50,921 nucleotides of DNA, from the NCBI GenBank assembly GCA_035457605.1, contig DATIBI010000245.1, forward strand, positions 1-50,921, in the 5' to 3' direction. The position numbers and the translations under genes were made by a program. The number at the start of each line of letters is the position of its first letter. The first letter of the stretch is position 1. The DNA comes from Nocardioidaceae bacterium (GTDB taxonomy: Bacteria; Actinomycetota; Actinomycetes; Propionibacteriales; Nocardioidaceae). Under the pieces are notes generated by a model. The model was not told the DNA's origin. It did no database searches and saw only the letters and a list, made by a program, of their open reading frames with translations. This document shows positions 37,037 through 46,594 of this stretch, piece by piece.

Positions 37037-38425
37037 ATGGAGGAGTTCGAAGTCGTCGTCATCGGTGGCGGTCCCGCTGGAGAGAACGCAGCCGGACGCT
37101 GCGCCGACGGCGGCCTCCGGGTCGCCCTGGTCGAGCGGGAGCTGGTCGGCGGTGAGTGCTCCTACTGGGGGTGCGTGCCGAGCAAGACGCTGATCCGGCC
37201 CGGCGACGCGCTGGCCGCCGCCCGGCGGGTGCCCGGCGCCGCCGCGGCGGTCGTGAACGGGGTCGACGTCGCGGCGGCGCTCGCGCGGCGCGACGAGATG
37301 ACCGGAGCGTGGCACGACGACGGCGCCCTGCCCTGGCTGCACGAGAAGGGCATCGCGCTGGTGCGCGGTGACGCCCGGATCACCGGGGAGCGCGAGGTGA
37401 CCGTGGAGGCACCTGCGGGTGCCCGGGTCCTGCGCGCGACGCGGGCGGTGGTGCTCGCCGTCGGGACCAGCGCCGTCGTCCCGCCGGTCGACGGCCTGCG
37501 CGAGATCTCCCCGTGGGACAACCGGGCCGCCACGTCCGCCAAGGAGGTGCCGCGCCGGCTCCTGGTCCTCGGCGGCGGGGCGATCGGGGTCGAGCTGGCC
37601 CAGGCGTTCCGCAGGCTCGGCGCCGAGCAGGTCACCCTCGTCGAGGGACAGGACCGGCTGCTGGCGCGGGAGGAGCCGTTCGTCGGCGCCGAGCTGCGCC
37701 GCGCCCTGGAGGCCGAGGGGGTCACGGTGCTGACCGGGGCCAGGCTGGCCCGGGCACGCCGCCCAGGACCCGGCGGCCCGGTCCTGGCCACCCTGGAGGA
37801 CGGGCGCGAGGTCGAGTCCGACGAGGTGCTCGTGGCCGTGGGACGCCGTCCCGCGACCGGCGCGCTCGGCCTGGAGAGCGTCGGGCTGGCGCCGGGCAGG
37901 TACGTCGACGTGGACGACGCCATGCAGGCACGCGGCGTCCCCGGCGGCTGGCTCTACGCGATCGGGGACTGCAATGGGCGCGCCCTGCTGACCCACATGG
38001 GCAAGTACCACGGCCGCATCGCCGGCGACGTGATCCTCGGCCGCGACGTCCGGGACCGGGCCAGCGACCGGGCCGTTCCACGGGTCACCTTCACCGACCC
38101 GCAGGTGTGCGCGGTCGGCCTCACCGAGGAGCAGGCAGGCGAGCGCGGGCTCCGGGTCCGCACGGTGACCTACGGCACCGGCGACGTCGCCGGGTCGTCG
38201 GTGCAGGGGCTGGGCCTCACCGGGACCGCCAAGCTGGTGGTGGACGAGGGCCGGCGGGTGGTGGTCGGCGCGACCTTCACCGGACCCGGGCTGCAGGAGC
38301 TCCTGCACTCGGCGACGGTGGCGGTCGTCGGCGAGATCCCGCTCGACACGCTGTGGCACGCGGTGCCGTCGTTCCCGACCGTCAGCGAGGTCTGGCTGCG
38401 ACTCCTCGAAAGCTACGGACTCTAG
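37037..38425 (+). CDS. class-I pyridine nucleotide-disulfide oxidoreductase (Lpd/MerA-like family)
   Basis: GGGPAG, GGECSYWGCVPSK redox disulfide, GGGAIG.E, FTDP, C-terminal FPTVSE. Confidence 0.92.
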   Translation: MEEFEVVVIGGGPAGENAAGRCADGGLRVALVERELVGGECSYWGCVPSKTLIRPGDALAAARRVPGAAAAVVNGVDVAAALARRDEMTGAWHDDGALPWLHEKGIALVRGDARITGEREVTVEAPAGARVLRATRAVVLAVGTSAVVPPVDGLREISPWDNRAATSAKEVPRRLLVLGGGAIGVELAQAFRRLGAEQVTLVEGQDRLLAREEPFVGAELRRALEAEGVTVLTGARLARARRPGPGGPVLATLEDGREVESDEVLVAVGRRPATGALGLESVGLAPGRYVDVDDAMQARGVPGGWLYAIGDCNGRALLTHMGKYHGRIAGDVILGRDVRDRASDRAVPRVTFTDPQVCAVGLTEEQAGERGLRVRTVTYGTGDVAGSSVQGLGLTGTAKLVVDEGRRVVVGATFTGPGLQELLHSATVAVVGEIPLDTLWHAVPSFPTVSEVWLRLLESYGL

Positions 38426-38434
38426 GAGCCGGTC

Positions 38435-39667
38435 ATGCCTGAGGTCTCGTTCGACAACCTGCTCGTCGTCGCCGCGATCGCGGTGGCCGCGCCGCTGCTT
38501 CTCGGCTTCCTTCCTGCCCTCCGCATCCCCGCCGTGGTGCTGGAGATCGTCGCCGGCGTGGTCGTCGGGCCGTCCGTCCTGGGCTGGGTCGAGGTCGACC
38601 TGCCGGTGTCGATATTGGCGCTGATGGGCCTGGCGTTCCTGCTGCTCCTGGCCGGCCTCGAGATCGACCTACGGCGCCTCCGCGGGCGGCTGCTGGTCAC
38701 CGCGCTGGTCGGCTTCTTGATCACGCTGCTGCTCGCGGTCGGGGCGGCTGCCGCGTTCACCGCCGTCGGCTGGGTCGGCAGTCCGCTGATCGTGGCGACG
38801 GCGCTGTCGGCGACCGGGCTCGGCCTCATCGTCCCGGTCCTGAAGGACGCCGGCCGGGCGGAGGGCGAGGTGGGTCAGACCATCATCGCCGGATCGTCGG
38901 TGGCGGACTTCGGTGCGGTTCTGATGCTCTCCTTCCTGTTCTCGATGACCGCCGGAGGCGCCGGCCCGCGGGTGGTCCTGCTCGGCGGCTTCGCGGCCCT
39001 GGTCGCGGTCACCGCCGTCGTGCTCACCCACGCCCGGATGTCGATGCGGCTCGGCGACGTGCTGCTCCGGCTGCAGGACACGACCGCCGAGATCCGGGTC
39101 CGGTTCGCGGTGCTGCTCCTGGTGGCGTTCGTCGTGCTCGCCGAGCGGTTCGGCCTGGAGAGCATCCTGGGTGCGTTCCTGGCCGGAGCGGTGCTCGGCC
39201 AGGTGGACCGTGACTCCCGCTCGCACCCGCACTTCCGGGTCAAGCTCGAGGCGATCGGCTACGGCTTCGTCGTGCCGGTGTTCTTCGTCGCCAGCGGCCT
39301 GCGCCTCGACCTGCGCGGGCTGGCAGAGGACCCCGCGGCGATCGCCCGGGTGCCGCTGTTCCTGCTGGCCCTGCTGCTCGTGCGCGGCCTGCCCGCGCTG
39401 CTCTACCTGCCCGCGTTCGGCAGGCGGCCGGTGGCCGCGGCCGCGCTGCTCCAGGCCACCTCGCTGCCGTTCATCGTGGCGGCCACCCAGATCGGGGTGG
39501 ACCTGGGCCAGCTCAGTCCCGTGAACGCCGCCGCCCTCGTGTGCGCCGGGCTGCTGTCGGTGCTGGTGTTCCCGCCCACGGCCCTGGCCCTGCTCCGGGG
39601 CGGTGGCGCGGCCGCGGGACCCGGGCCGGCCGACCGTTCGCGGCGCCGCACACGCTCGGCGGTGTAA
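38435..39667 (+). CDS. cation:proton antiporter (CPA2/KefB-like)
   Basis: AGLEID, LSAT.LG..VPVLKD, LGAFLAG, PVFFV.SG; about 12 TM segments. Confidence 0.92.
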   Translation: MPEVSFDNLLVVAAIAVAAPLLLGFLPALRIPAVVLEIVAGVVVGPSVLGWVEVDLPVSILALMGLAFLLLLAGLEIDLRRLRGRLLVTALVGFLITLLLAVGAAAAFTAVGWVGSPLIVATALSATGLGLIVPVLKDAGRAEGEVGQTIIAGSSVADFGAVLMLSFLFSMTAGGAGPRVVLLGGFAALVAVTAVVLTHARMSMRLGDVLLRLQDTTAEIRVRFAVLLLVAFVVLAERFGLESILGAFLAGAVLGQVDRDSRSHPHFRVKLEAIGYGFVVPVFFVASGLRLDLRGLAEDPAAIARVPLFLLALLLVRGLPALLYLPAFGRRPVAAAALLQATSLPFIVAATQIGVDLGQLSPVNAAALVCAGLLSVLVFPPTALALLRGGGAAAGPGPADRSRRRTRSAV

Positions 39668-39689
39668 CGCGCGGCGACCCCCAGAAGAC
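39663..39689 (+). promoter_or_regulatory. putative ECF promoter TGTAAC-N17-AGAC
   Basis: Overlaps the antiporter stop, upstream of the SDR operon. Confidence 0.6.
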
Positions 39690-39739
39690 CAGACCCCGGC
39701 ACCCACACCATCAACCCGAACCATCCCCTGGAGGGACTC

Positions 39740-40549
39740 ATGCGAGGACTGCAAGGCAAGAACGTGCTGGTCACGGGCGGAACGTCCGGGATCGGCCAGG
39801 CCATCGCGGTGCGGTTCGCCGAGTACGGCGCGAACGTCGCGATCAACTACCTGCAGCAGGCGGGTGAGGCCGCGGACACCGAGGAGCAGGTGCACGCCTG
39901 TGTCCGCCGGGTGAAGCAGGAGGGCGTACGCGACGTGCTGGTGCGCGGGGACGTCTCCCGGGAGGACGACGTCGTCGCCATGGTCGAGGACACCGTGCGT
40001 CAGCTCGGTGGCCTGGACGTCCTGGTCAACAACGCGGGCATCCAGATCTCCCGGCCCTCCCACGAGCTCTCCGCGGCTGACTTCGACAAGGTGCTCGCGG
40101 TCAACCTGCGCGGCTCATTCCTGTGCGCCCGCGAGTCGATCAAGCACTTCCTCGACGTCGGCGCCGGCGGGACCGTCATCAACGTCTCCAGCGTGCACCA
40201 GCGGATCCCCAAGCCCGGCTACCTCGGCTACTCGGCGAGTAAGGGCGGCATGGCCAACCTGACCACGACCCTGGCGCTGGAGTACGCCGCCCGCGGCATC
40301 CGCGTGAACGCCATCGGTCCCGGCGCCACGGTCACCCCGATCAACCGGGCCTGGGTCGACGACCCGGTGAAGGCGGAGCAGGTGACCTCGCACATCCCCA
40401 TGCCGCGGGCCGGGGACGCCGACGAGATGGCCGGTGTGGCGTGCTTCCTCGCCAGCGACGACGCGGCCTACATCACCGGACAGACCCTGTACGTCGACGG
40501 CGGGCTCACCCTCTACGCCGACTTCCGCGAGCCCTGGTCGTCGGAATGA
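39740..40549 (+). CDS. glucose 1-dehydrogenase-like SDR
   Basis: TGGTSGIG, NNAG, SSVH..IP, YSASKGG, TPIN, DGGLTL. Confidence 0.88.
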   Translation: MRGLQGKNVLVTGGTSGIGQAIAVRFAEYGANVAINYLQQAGEAADTEEQVHACVRRVKQEGVRDVLVRGDVSREDDVVAMVEDTVRQLGGLDVLVNNAGIQISRPSHELSAADFDKVLAVNLRGSFLCARESIKHFLDVGAGGTVINVSSVHQRIPKPGYLGYSASKGGMANLTTTLALEYAARGIRVNAIGPGATVTPINRAWVDDPVKAEQVTSHIPMPRAGDADEMAGVACFLASDDAAYITGQTLYVDGGLTLYADFREPWSSE

Positions 40550-41436
40550 GCACGACTCACGACACCCCGTGGTGGCCCTCGCGCTACGGACCCGACGACC
40601 AGATCGGCGCGCTGAACCTCGTCGACGAGGCGAAACGGCTGGAGGCGCTGGCGTCGGTCCGGCAGGGGCGGGTCTACGACCTCGGCCGGGTGCTCGACGA
40701 GAACGTGCCGGTCTTCCCGGGCCGGTACTTCCGGCAGACCCTGGTCACCACCGCGCACCACAGCAACGGCCGCTCCGGCGGCGGGCTCGGCGCGAACCGC
40801 GTGAACTGGGTGATCGAGTCCGTCTCGGGCACCACCCAGCTGGGCACGCACCTGGACATGCTCAACCACCTCCAGATCGGGGACCGCGGCTACAACGGCT
40901 GGACGGTCGACGAGCTGGCCGAGGGGTGGGGCACCAACCGGCTCGGCGCGGAGACGGCTCCCCAGGTCGTGACGAAGGGCTGGCTGGTCGACGTACCCGC
41001 CGTCCGGGGCCGGACTCTCGACCCCGGTGACGTGGTCACCGTCGAGGACGTGAAGCTCGCCCTGGACGGGGAGCAGCCCGGGCCCGGCGACGCGGTCCTG
41101 TTCCACACCGGCTGGGGCCGGCACTGGACCGAGCCCGAGGAGTACCTGGCGGGGGAGCCGGGACCCGGTACGGCGCTTGCCGGCTGGCTCGCCGACGCGG
41201 GGGTGGTGCTCACCGGCTGTGACACCTGGAGCTACGGCCCGGTGCCGGCCGAGGACCCGGACCGGCCGTTCGAGGTCCCCCAGCAGCTCAACGTGCGGCA
41301 CGGGGTGTTCGTGGTCGAGAACCTCGACACCGCCGAGCTCGCCTCCGACGGCGTGCGCTCCTTCGCGCTTGTCCTCACCCATCCCAAGCTCCGTGGCGCC
41401 ACCGGCGCCTGGACGTCACCCATCGCCCTGGTCTGA
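40546..41436 (+). CDS. cyclase-family (kynurenine formamidase-like) metal hydrolase
   Basis: YGPDDQIGALN, QLGTHLD..H, PGDAVLFHTGW, ENL, GATG..SPIA. Confidence 0.88.
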   Translation: MSTTHDTPWWPSRYGPDDQIGALNLVDEAKRLEALASVRQGRVYDLGRVLDENVPVFPGRYFRQTLVTTAHHSNGRSGGGLGANRVNWVIESVSGTTQLGTHLDMLNHLQIGDRGYNGWTVDELAEGWGTNRLGAETAPQVVTKGWLVDVPAVRGRTLDPGDVVTVEDVKLALDGEQPGPGDAVLFHTGWGRHWTEPEEYLAGEPGPGTALAGWLADAGVVLTGCDTWSYGPVPAEDPDRPFEVPQQLNVRHGVFVVENLDTAELASDGVRSFALVLTHPKLRGATGAWTSPIALV

Positions 41437-41447
41437 GGAGGCCACGG

Positions 41448-43037
41448 ATGAACAACCACTACGACATCATCATCATCGGGACCGGCGCCGGCGGCGGCAC
41501 GCTCGCGCACCGGCTGGCCCCGTCGGGCAAGAAGATCCTGCTGCTCGAGCGCGGCGACTACCTGCCGCGCGAGCCGGAGAACTGGGACAGCCGCGAGGTG
41601 TTCGTGCGCTCCCGCTACAAGGCTCCCGAGGAGTGGTTCGACAAGGACGGCAAGCCGTTCCACCCCGGCGCCCACTACTGGGTGGGCGGCAACACCAAGG
41701 TGTACGGCGCGATCCTGTTCCGGCTGCGGGAGCGTGACTTCGGCGAGGTCCGCCACCACGGTGGGATCTCCCCGGCGTGGCCGCTGTCCTACACCGACTT
41801 CGCGCCGTACTACACCGAGGCCGAGCGGCTCTACCACGTGCACGGCAGCCGCGGCTCCGACCCGACCGAGCCGCCGGCCGACGCGCCGTACCCCTATCCG
41901 GCGGTCAGCCACGAGCCACGCATCCAGCGGCTCCACGACGACCTGGTCCGGGCCGGGCACCAGCCGTTCCCGCTGCCGGTCGGGGTGATGCTCGACGAGT
42001 CCGACCGGGAGAAGAGCGCCTGCGTCCGGTGCACCCGGCTCGACGGGTTCCCCTGCCTGGTCGACGCCAAGGCTGACGCGCACGTGGTGGCGGTGCGTCC
42101 TGCGCTGCAGCACCCGAACGTGACGCTGCTGCGCCGCGCCCGGGTCGAGCGGCTCGAGACCGACCCCATCGGACGCACGGTCACCGGTGTGGTGGTGGAC
42201 CGGGACGGCTCCCGTGACACCTACAGCGCCGACGTCGTGGTGGTCTCCTGCGGCGCGGTGAACTCCGCGGCCCTGCTGCTGCGCTCGGCCAACGACCAGC
42301 ACCCGGACGGGCTCGCGAACTCCTCCGGCGTGGTGGGCCGGCACTACATGTGCCACCTGAACTCGGCACTCATCGCGCTGTCCCGGGACCCGAACCCGAC
42401 CCGGTTCCAGAAGACGCTCGGCCTCAACGACTTCTACTGGCGCGCCGACGACTTCGACTACCCGCTCGGGCACATCCAGATGCTCGGCAAGACCGACGGG
42501 CAGATGCTGAAGGCGGGGGCGCCGAAGGGTACGCCGCTGCCGGCGCTGGACTTCGTCGCCAGGCACGCGATCGACTTCTGGCTCACCACCGAGGACCTGC
42601 CGCACGCCGACAACCGGGTGACGGTGGACCGGTCCGGGCGGATCCAGCTGAGCTACACCGACCGCAACACCGAGGGGCACCGCCGGCTGGTGGGCAAGCT
42701 CCGGCAGCTCCTGCCGCACATCGGCTGCCGGGACCGGCTGATCCCCAACACGATCACCCGGGACGAGCGCATCCCGATCGCCGGCGTGGCGCACCAGTGC
42801 GGGACGGTCCGGTTCGGCACCGACCCGGCCGCCTCCGCGCTCGACGTCAACTGCAAGGCGCACGACGTCGACAACCTCTACGTCGTCGACACGAGCTTCT
42901 TCCCCTCCAGCAGCGCGGTGAACCCGGCGCTGACCGCGATGGCCAACGCCATGCGGGTCGGGGACCACCTGCTCGACCGGCTCGGCGCGTCGGTGCCGAC
43001 CGTCGTGGCGCAGCGGCCCGCGGGGGTGGCGTCATGA
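41448..43037 (+). CDS. GMC-family flavin oxidoreductase
   Basis: GTGAGG, VGGNT, NSSGVVGRHYM.H, HQCGT, NPALT. Confidence 0.93.
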   Translation: MNNHYDIIIIGTGAGGGTLAHRLAPSGKKILLLERGDYLPREPENWDSREVFVRSRYKAPEEWFDKDGKPFHPGAHYWVGGNTKVYGAILFRLRERDFGEVRHHGGISPAWPLSYTDFAPYYTEAERLYHVHGSRGSDPTEPPADAPYPYPAVSHEPRIQRLHDDLVRAGHQPFPLPVGVMLDESDREKSACVRCTRLDGFPCLVDAKADAHVVAVRPALQHPNVTLLRRARVERLETDPIGRTVTGVVVDRDGSRDTYSADVVVVSCGAVNSAALLLRSANDQHPDGLANSSGVVGRHYMCHLNSALIALSRDPNPTRFQKTLGLNDFYWRADDFDYPLGHIQMLGKTDGQMLKAGAPKGTPLPALDFVARHAIDFWLTTEDLPHADNRVTVDRSGRIQLSYTDRNTEGHRRLVGKLRQLLPHIGCRDRLIPNTITRDERIPIAGVAHQCGTVRFGTDPAASALDVNCKAHDVDNLYVVDTSFFPSSSAVNPALTAMANAMRVGDHLLDRLGASVPTVVAQRPAGVAS

Positions 43038-43501
43038 GCCGGGCGGGACAGCTGGTCGGGGTGCTCGCCCGTGGTGTGGCCGCCGGCCTGGCCGGGACCG
43101 CGGCGATGACGGTCTCCAGCACGCTGGAGGCGAGGCTGCGTGGCCGCGAGCCGAGCACCGCACCGGCGCGCGCGGCCCAGAAGGTGCTCGGGATCGGGGA
43201 GTTCGCCAGCCCCGAGGCGCAGGAGCGGTTCAGCAACGCCGTTCACTGGGGCTACGGCACCGGCTGGGGCGTGGTCCGGGCCGCCCTGGCCGAGGTCGGG
43301 ATCCGGCCGGGGCTGGTCGCCCCCGCGCACTTCGCCCTGATGTGGGGCGGAGCCCTGGTCATGCTGCCCGCGCTGGACGTGGCCCCGCCGGTGACCCGGT
43401 GGGGCAGGAACGAGGTCGCCATCGACGTGTTCCACCACCTGGTTTACGCGACCGGGACCGGGCTGGCCTACGAGGTGCTCGACCGGCGCGGGCGGGTGTA
43501 A
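43034..43501 (+). CDS. membrane protein with conserved His (HWGYG, HHLVY)
   Basis: GLAGTAAMT, three to four TM segments. ATGA overlap with the GMC gene. Confidence 0.8.
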   Translation: MSRAGQLVGVLARGVAAGLAGTAAMTVSSTLEARLRGREPSTAPARAAQKVLGIGEFASPEAQERFSNAVHWGYGTGWGVVRAALAEVGIRPGLVAPAHFALMWGGALVMLPALDVAPPVTRWGRNEVAIDVFHHLVYATGTGLAYEVLDRRGRV

Positions 43502-43523
43502 CGCCAGGCCGGGTGGCGAGGAC
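43497..43523 (+). promoter_or_regulatory. putative ECF promoter TGTAAC-N17-GGAC
   Basis: Upstream of the 64-aa gene and GH15. Confidence 0.65.
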
Positions 43524-43558
43524 TGATCAGCATCAGCCCGAGCCCGTCGGAGGTCATC

Positions 43559-43753
43559 ATGAGCACCAACATCAGCGCACTCCTCGCCGACGCCCGCGTC
43601 GAGCTCTGGAGGTTCGAACGGCTCCGTGAGGCGCACTGCCCGGAGTCCACCGCCATGACCCTGGCCACCCGCCGGGACGTGGACCTGCACACCGCCGTCG
43701 GCCTGCTCTCCGGCGGCTGCCCCCCGAGCACCGCGCTCGAGATCTTGTTGTGA
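43559..43753 (+). CDS. small hypothetical helical protein (64 aa)
   Basis: GGAGG RBS; WRFERL...VDLH..LL..GCPP..ALEIL. Confidence 0.75.
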   Translation: MSTNISALLADARVELWRFERLREAHCPESTAMTLATRRDVDLHTAVGLLSGGCPPSTALEILL

Positions 43754-43762
43754 GGACATGAA

Positions 43763-45607
43763 ATGAGTGACACCCCCATCGGCGAGCACGCACTCCTCTC
43801 GGACTGCCACTCCAGCGCCCTGGTCGACGCCAGTGGTTCGGTCGAGTGGCTGACCTTCCCCCGGTTCGACAGCCCCTCGGTGATGGCCAGGATGCTCGAC
43901 GACCACGGCGGGCACTGGTCGATCCGGCCCGTGGAGGAGTTCGAGACCGAACGCCGCTACGTCGACGAGACGATGGTGCTGGCCACCACCTTCCGGACCG
44001 GGACCGGCACCGTGCTGCTGACCGAGGCCCTGGTCATGGGCCCCGACAACGAGGGCCACGGCCTCGGCCGGAACGCCCCGCACATCCTGGTCCGCAGCCT
44101 GACCTGCACCAGCGGCGAGGTCGAGGTGGAGGTGTCCTACGCGCCGCGACCCGAGTACGGCCTCGTCGTCCCGCTGCTCTCCCACGTGGACGGGGGCGTC
44201 ACCGCCCGCGGCGGCGCCGAGTGGCTGGTCCTGACCACGCCGGTCGAGCTGTCGCTGGACACCGGCAGCGGTACAGGACGCACCACGATGGCCGCCGGGG
44301 ACACCCTCCGGTTCGCGCTGCACCGGACCACGCTGGAGGAGACGCCCGCGCACGTGTGGAGCCAGGACGACATCGCCGCGCTGCTCGACCGCACGGTCGA
44401 GGCCTGGCGGTCCTGGTCGGCGCTGCACCAGACCTACGACGGCCCCTGGCGCGAGCTCGTGCACGCCAGTGGCCGGGTGCTGCAGGCGCTGACCTTCCAG
44501 CCCAGTGGCGCGATCGTGGCCGCGGCGACGACGTCGCTGCCCGAGGGCGTCGGCGGCGAGCGGAACTGGGACTACCGGTACTCGTGGGTGCGCGACGCCA
44601 GCCTCACCATGGAGGCGCTGTGGGTGGCCGCCTGCCCCGACGAGGCGGGCGACTTCTTCACGTTCATGGCGACCGCGGCGGCCTCCGGGGTCGGACCCGA
44701 GCAGGCGCTGCAGATCATGTTCGGGATCGGCGGTGAGCACGACTTGAGCGAGCGGACCCTCCCGCACCTGCGGGGGTGGCGGGGCAGCAGCCCGGTCAGG
44801 GTCGGCAACGGTGCCTGGAACCAGCAGCAGGTCGACGTCTACGGCGAGCTGCTCGGTGCGGCGCACCGGCTGGCCGACCAGATCCGCGACCTCGACCAGG
44901 ACACCCGCGCGTTCCTGGTCGCGCTCGCCGACGCGGCCACGGTCCGCTGGCGCGAGCCCGACCAGGGGATCTGGGAGGTGCGCGGCGACCCGCAGCACTT
45001 CCTCTACTCCAAGGTGATGTGCTGGGTGGCGCTGGACCGGGCGATCTCGATGGCCGACCTGATCGGGGCGAGTGCACGGGTGGACGAGTGGAAGCGCACC
45101 CGGGACGAGATCGCCGAGACCGTGGTGCGCGACGGGTGGAGCGAGCAGGCGCAGGCGTTCACCCAGTACGTCGGCACCGACGCCCTCGACGCGTCGAACC
45201 TGATGATCCCGATCGTGGGCTTCCTGCCGGCCACCGACCCGCGGGTGCTGGCCACCATCGACGCCATCGAGGAGCGGCTGACCGACGAGCGCGGGCTGGT
45301 CTACCGCTACCGCACCGAGGAGGGCGTCGACGGCCTGGCCGGTGAGGAGGGCACCTTCCTGCTCTGCACGTTCTGGCTCGCCCAGGCGCTGGCGATGGCC
45401 GACCGGGTCGACCGGGCCCGGGCGGTGTTCGAGCGGGCGGTCCGCTACGTCAACGACGTGGGCCTGCTCGCCGAGGAGGTGGATGCGGAGACCGGGGAGC
45501 TGCTCGGCAACTTCCCGCAGGCGTTCAGCCACATCGGGCTGGTCAACGCCGCGTGGGCGATCTCCGAGGCGGAGAGGCGGGCGGCTTCCCGCGAGGCGGC
45601 GGCGTAG
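43763..45607 (+). CDS. GH15 glycoside hydrolase (trehalase/glucoamylase-like)
   Basis: LSDCHSSALV, PRFDSPS, TTSLPE..GGERNWDYRYSWVRD, GIWE.R, GNFPQAFSH. Confidence 0.95.
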   Translation: MSDTPIGEHALLSDCHSSALVDASGSVEWLTFPRFDSPSVMARMLDDHGGHWSIRPVEEFETERRYVDETMVLATTFRTGTGTVLLTEALVMGPDNEGHGLGRNAPHILVRSLTCTSGEVEVEVSYAPRPEYGLVVPLLSHVDGGVTARGGAEWLVLTTPVELSLDTGSGTGRTTMAAGDTLRFALHRTTLEETPAHVWSQDDIAALLDRTVEAWRSWSALHQTYDGPWRELVHASGRVLQALTFQPSGAIVAAATTSLPEGVGGERNWDYRYSWVRDASLTMEALWVAACPDEAGDFFTFMATAAASGVGPEQALQIMFGIGGEHDLSERTLPHLRGWRGSSPVRVGNGAWNQQQVDVYGELLGAAHRLADQIRDLDQDTRAFLVALADAATVRWREPDQGIWEVRGDPQHFLYSKVMCWVALDRAISMADLIGASARVDEWKRTRDEIAETVVRDGWSEQAQAFTQYVGTDALDASNLMIPIVGFLPATDPRVLATIDAIEERLTDERGLVYRYRTEEGVDGLAGEEGTFLLCTFWLAQALAMADRVDRARAVFERAVRYVNDVGLLAEEVDAETGELLGNFPQAFSHIGLVNAAWAISEAERRAASREAAA

Positions 45608-45646
45608 CGCCCGCGCCGGGACGCGCGTGGCCTCGCGGTCGGGCTT

Positions 45647-46429
45647 TCAGCCGAAGGCGTCGCGGAAGGCCTCCAGCGCGGCGTGGCTGTCGCCGGAGGC
45701 CCAGGCCTCGAGGCCGACGACCCCGCGGTAGCCGGCGTCGTGCAGGGCAGCGGCGACCGCGGGGTAGGCGATCTCGCCGGTGCCCGGCTCGCAGCGTCCG
45801 GGTACGTCGGCGACCTGCACCTCCCCGAGGAGGTCGACGCTCCGGCGGACCAGCTCGATGAGGTTCCCCTCCCCGATCTGGGCGTGGTACAGGTCCAGGT
45901 TCATCCGCAGGTGGGGGCTGTCGACCGCGGCTACGAGAGCGTGCGTGTCGGCGGCCCGGGCGAACGGCGTGCCGGGGTGGTCGACCTCGGTGTTGAGGTT
46001 CTCCAGGCAGAAGACCACGCCCTCCCGCTCTCCGAGCTCGGCCACCCTGCACAGGGTCCGCTCGGCAGCGAGCCACATCGCGCCGGTCACGACCTCGACC
46101 GGGCGGACCGGCAGGCCGCGTGGGTCCAGGCCGGTGCCGTGCAGGTTGAGGTTGGGGGTGCCGAGCCGATGGGCGACCGCGATCGACTGCTCGGCGGTGC
46201 GGAGGAGAGCATCCGCTCCCGCCGGGTCGGTCAGGTCGCCCTCGACGTACCCGGTCATCGAGGTGAACCGTGCCCCCGTCGCCGCCAGTGCCTCGACGTC
46301 CTTGGCGGTCCAGTCCCAGATCTCCACCGCGAAACCGAGGTCGTCGATGATCCGGACCCGCTCCTCGACCGGCAGGTCGCGGAACACCATCTCCGCACAC
46401 ACGGCGAGCGTGAAGTCGTAGCCGCTCAC
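45647..46429 (-). CDS. hydroxypyruvate isomerase-family TIM-barrel protein
   Basis: LENLN..DHPG, DLYHAQIGEG, QVADVPGRCEPGTGEI, GLE. Confidence 0.9.
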   Translation of the reverse strand: MSGYDFTLAVCAEMVFRDLPVEERVRIIDDLGFAVEIWDWTAKDVEALAATGARFTSMTGYVEGDLTDPAGADALLRTAEQSIAVAHRLGTPNLNLHGTGLDPRGLPVRPVEVVTGAMWLAAERTLCRVAELGEREGVVFCLENLNTEVDHPGTPFARAADTHALVAAVDSPHLRMNLDLYHAQIGEGNLIELVRRSVDLLGEVQVADVPGRCEPGTGEIAYPAVAAALHDAGYRGVVGLEAWASGDSHAALEAFRDAFG

Positions 46430-46521
46430 CGGACGGCCACGCTGCCCACAGGAACGGGCGCGCCGTTGCGGACCGACTCCACTGCCGCCAGGTGCGGCAC
46501 AGCAGGACTGTCAGGTGTCAC
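46426..46521 (-). pseudogene. 31-codon remnant of a Gfo/Idh/MocA (IolG-like) oxidoreductase with internal deletion
   Basis: AGGGAG RBS then MTPDSPAVPHLAAVESVRNGAPVPVGSVAVR*. The LAAVESVRNGAPV tail resembles Gfo/Idh/MocA C-termini. GTGA-coupled to the isomerase gene. Confidence 0.55.
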
Positions 46522-46542
46522 GGCGATCTCCCTCGCGCGTCG

Positions 46543-46560
46543 GACTAGAGCGCTCTAGTC
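46543..46560. promoter_or_regulatory. LacI-type operator palindrome GACTAGAGCGCTCTAGTC
   Basis: Perfect 18-bp palindrome with AGCGCT core, upstream of the remnant/isomerase unit. Confidence 0.7.
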
Positions 46561-46594
46561 TGTCTCGGCCAGAGCCGCAACCGCACCCCTCCGG

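Noticed and set aside
42878-45532. 884-aa minus-strand ORF and similar long ORFs (28057-29988, 29995-31707, 29550-31667, 41232-42968, 6316-7959)
   Set aside because: Antisense or off-frame shadows of well-supported genes, expected in high-GC DNA, with no motifs.
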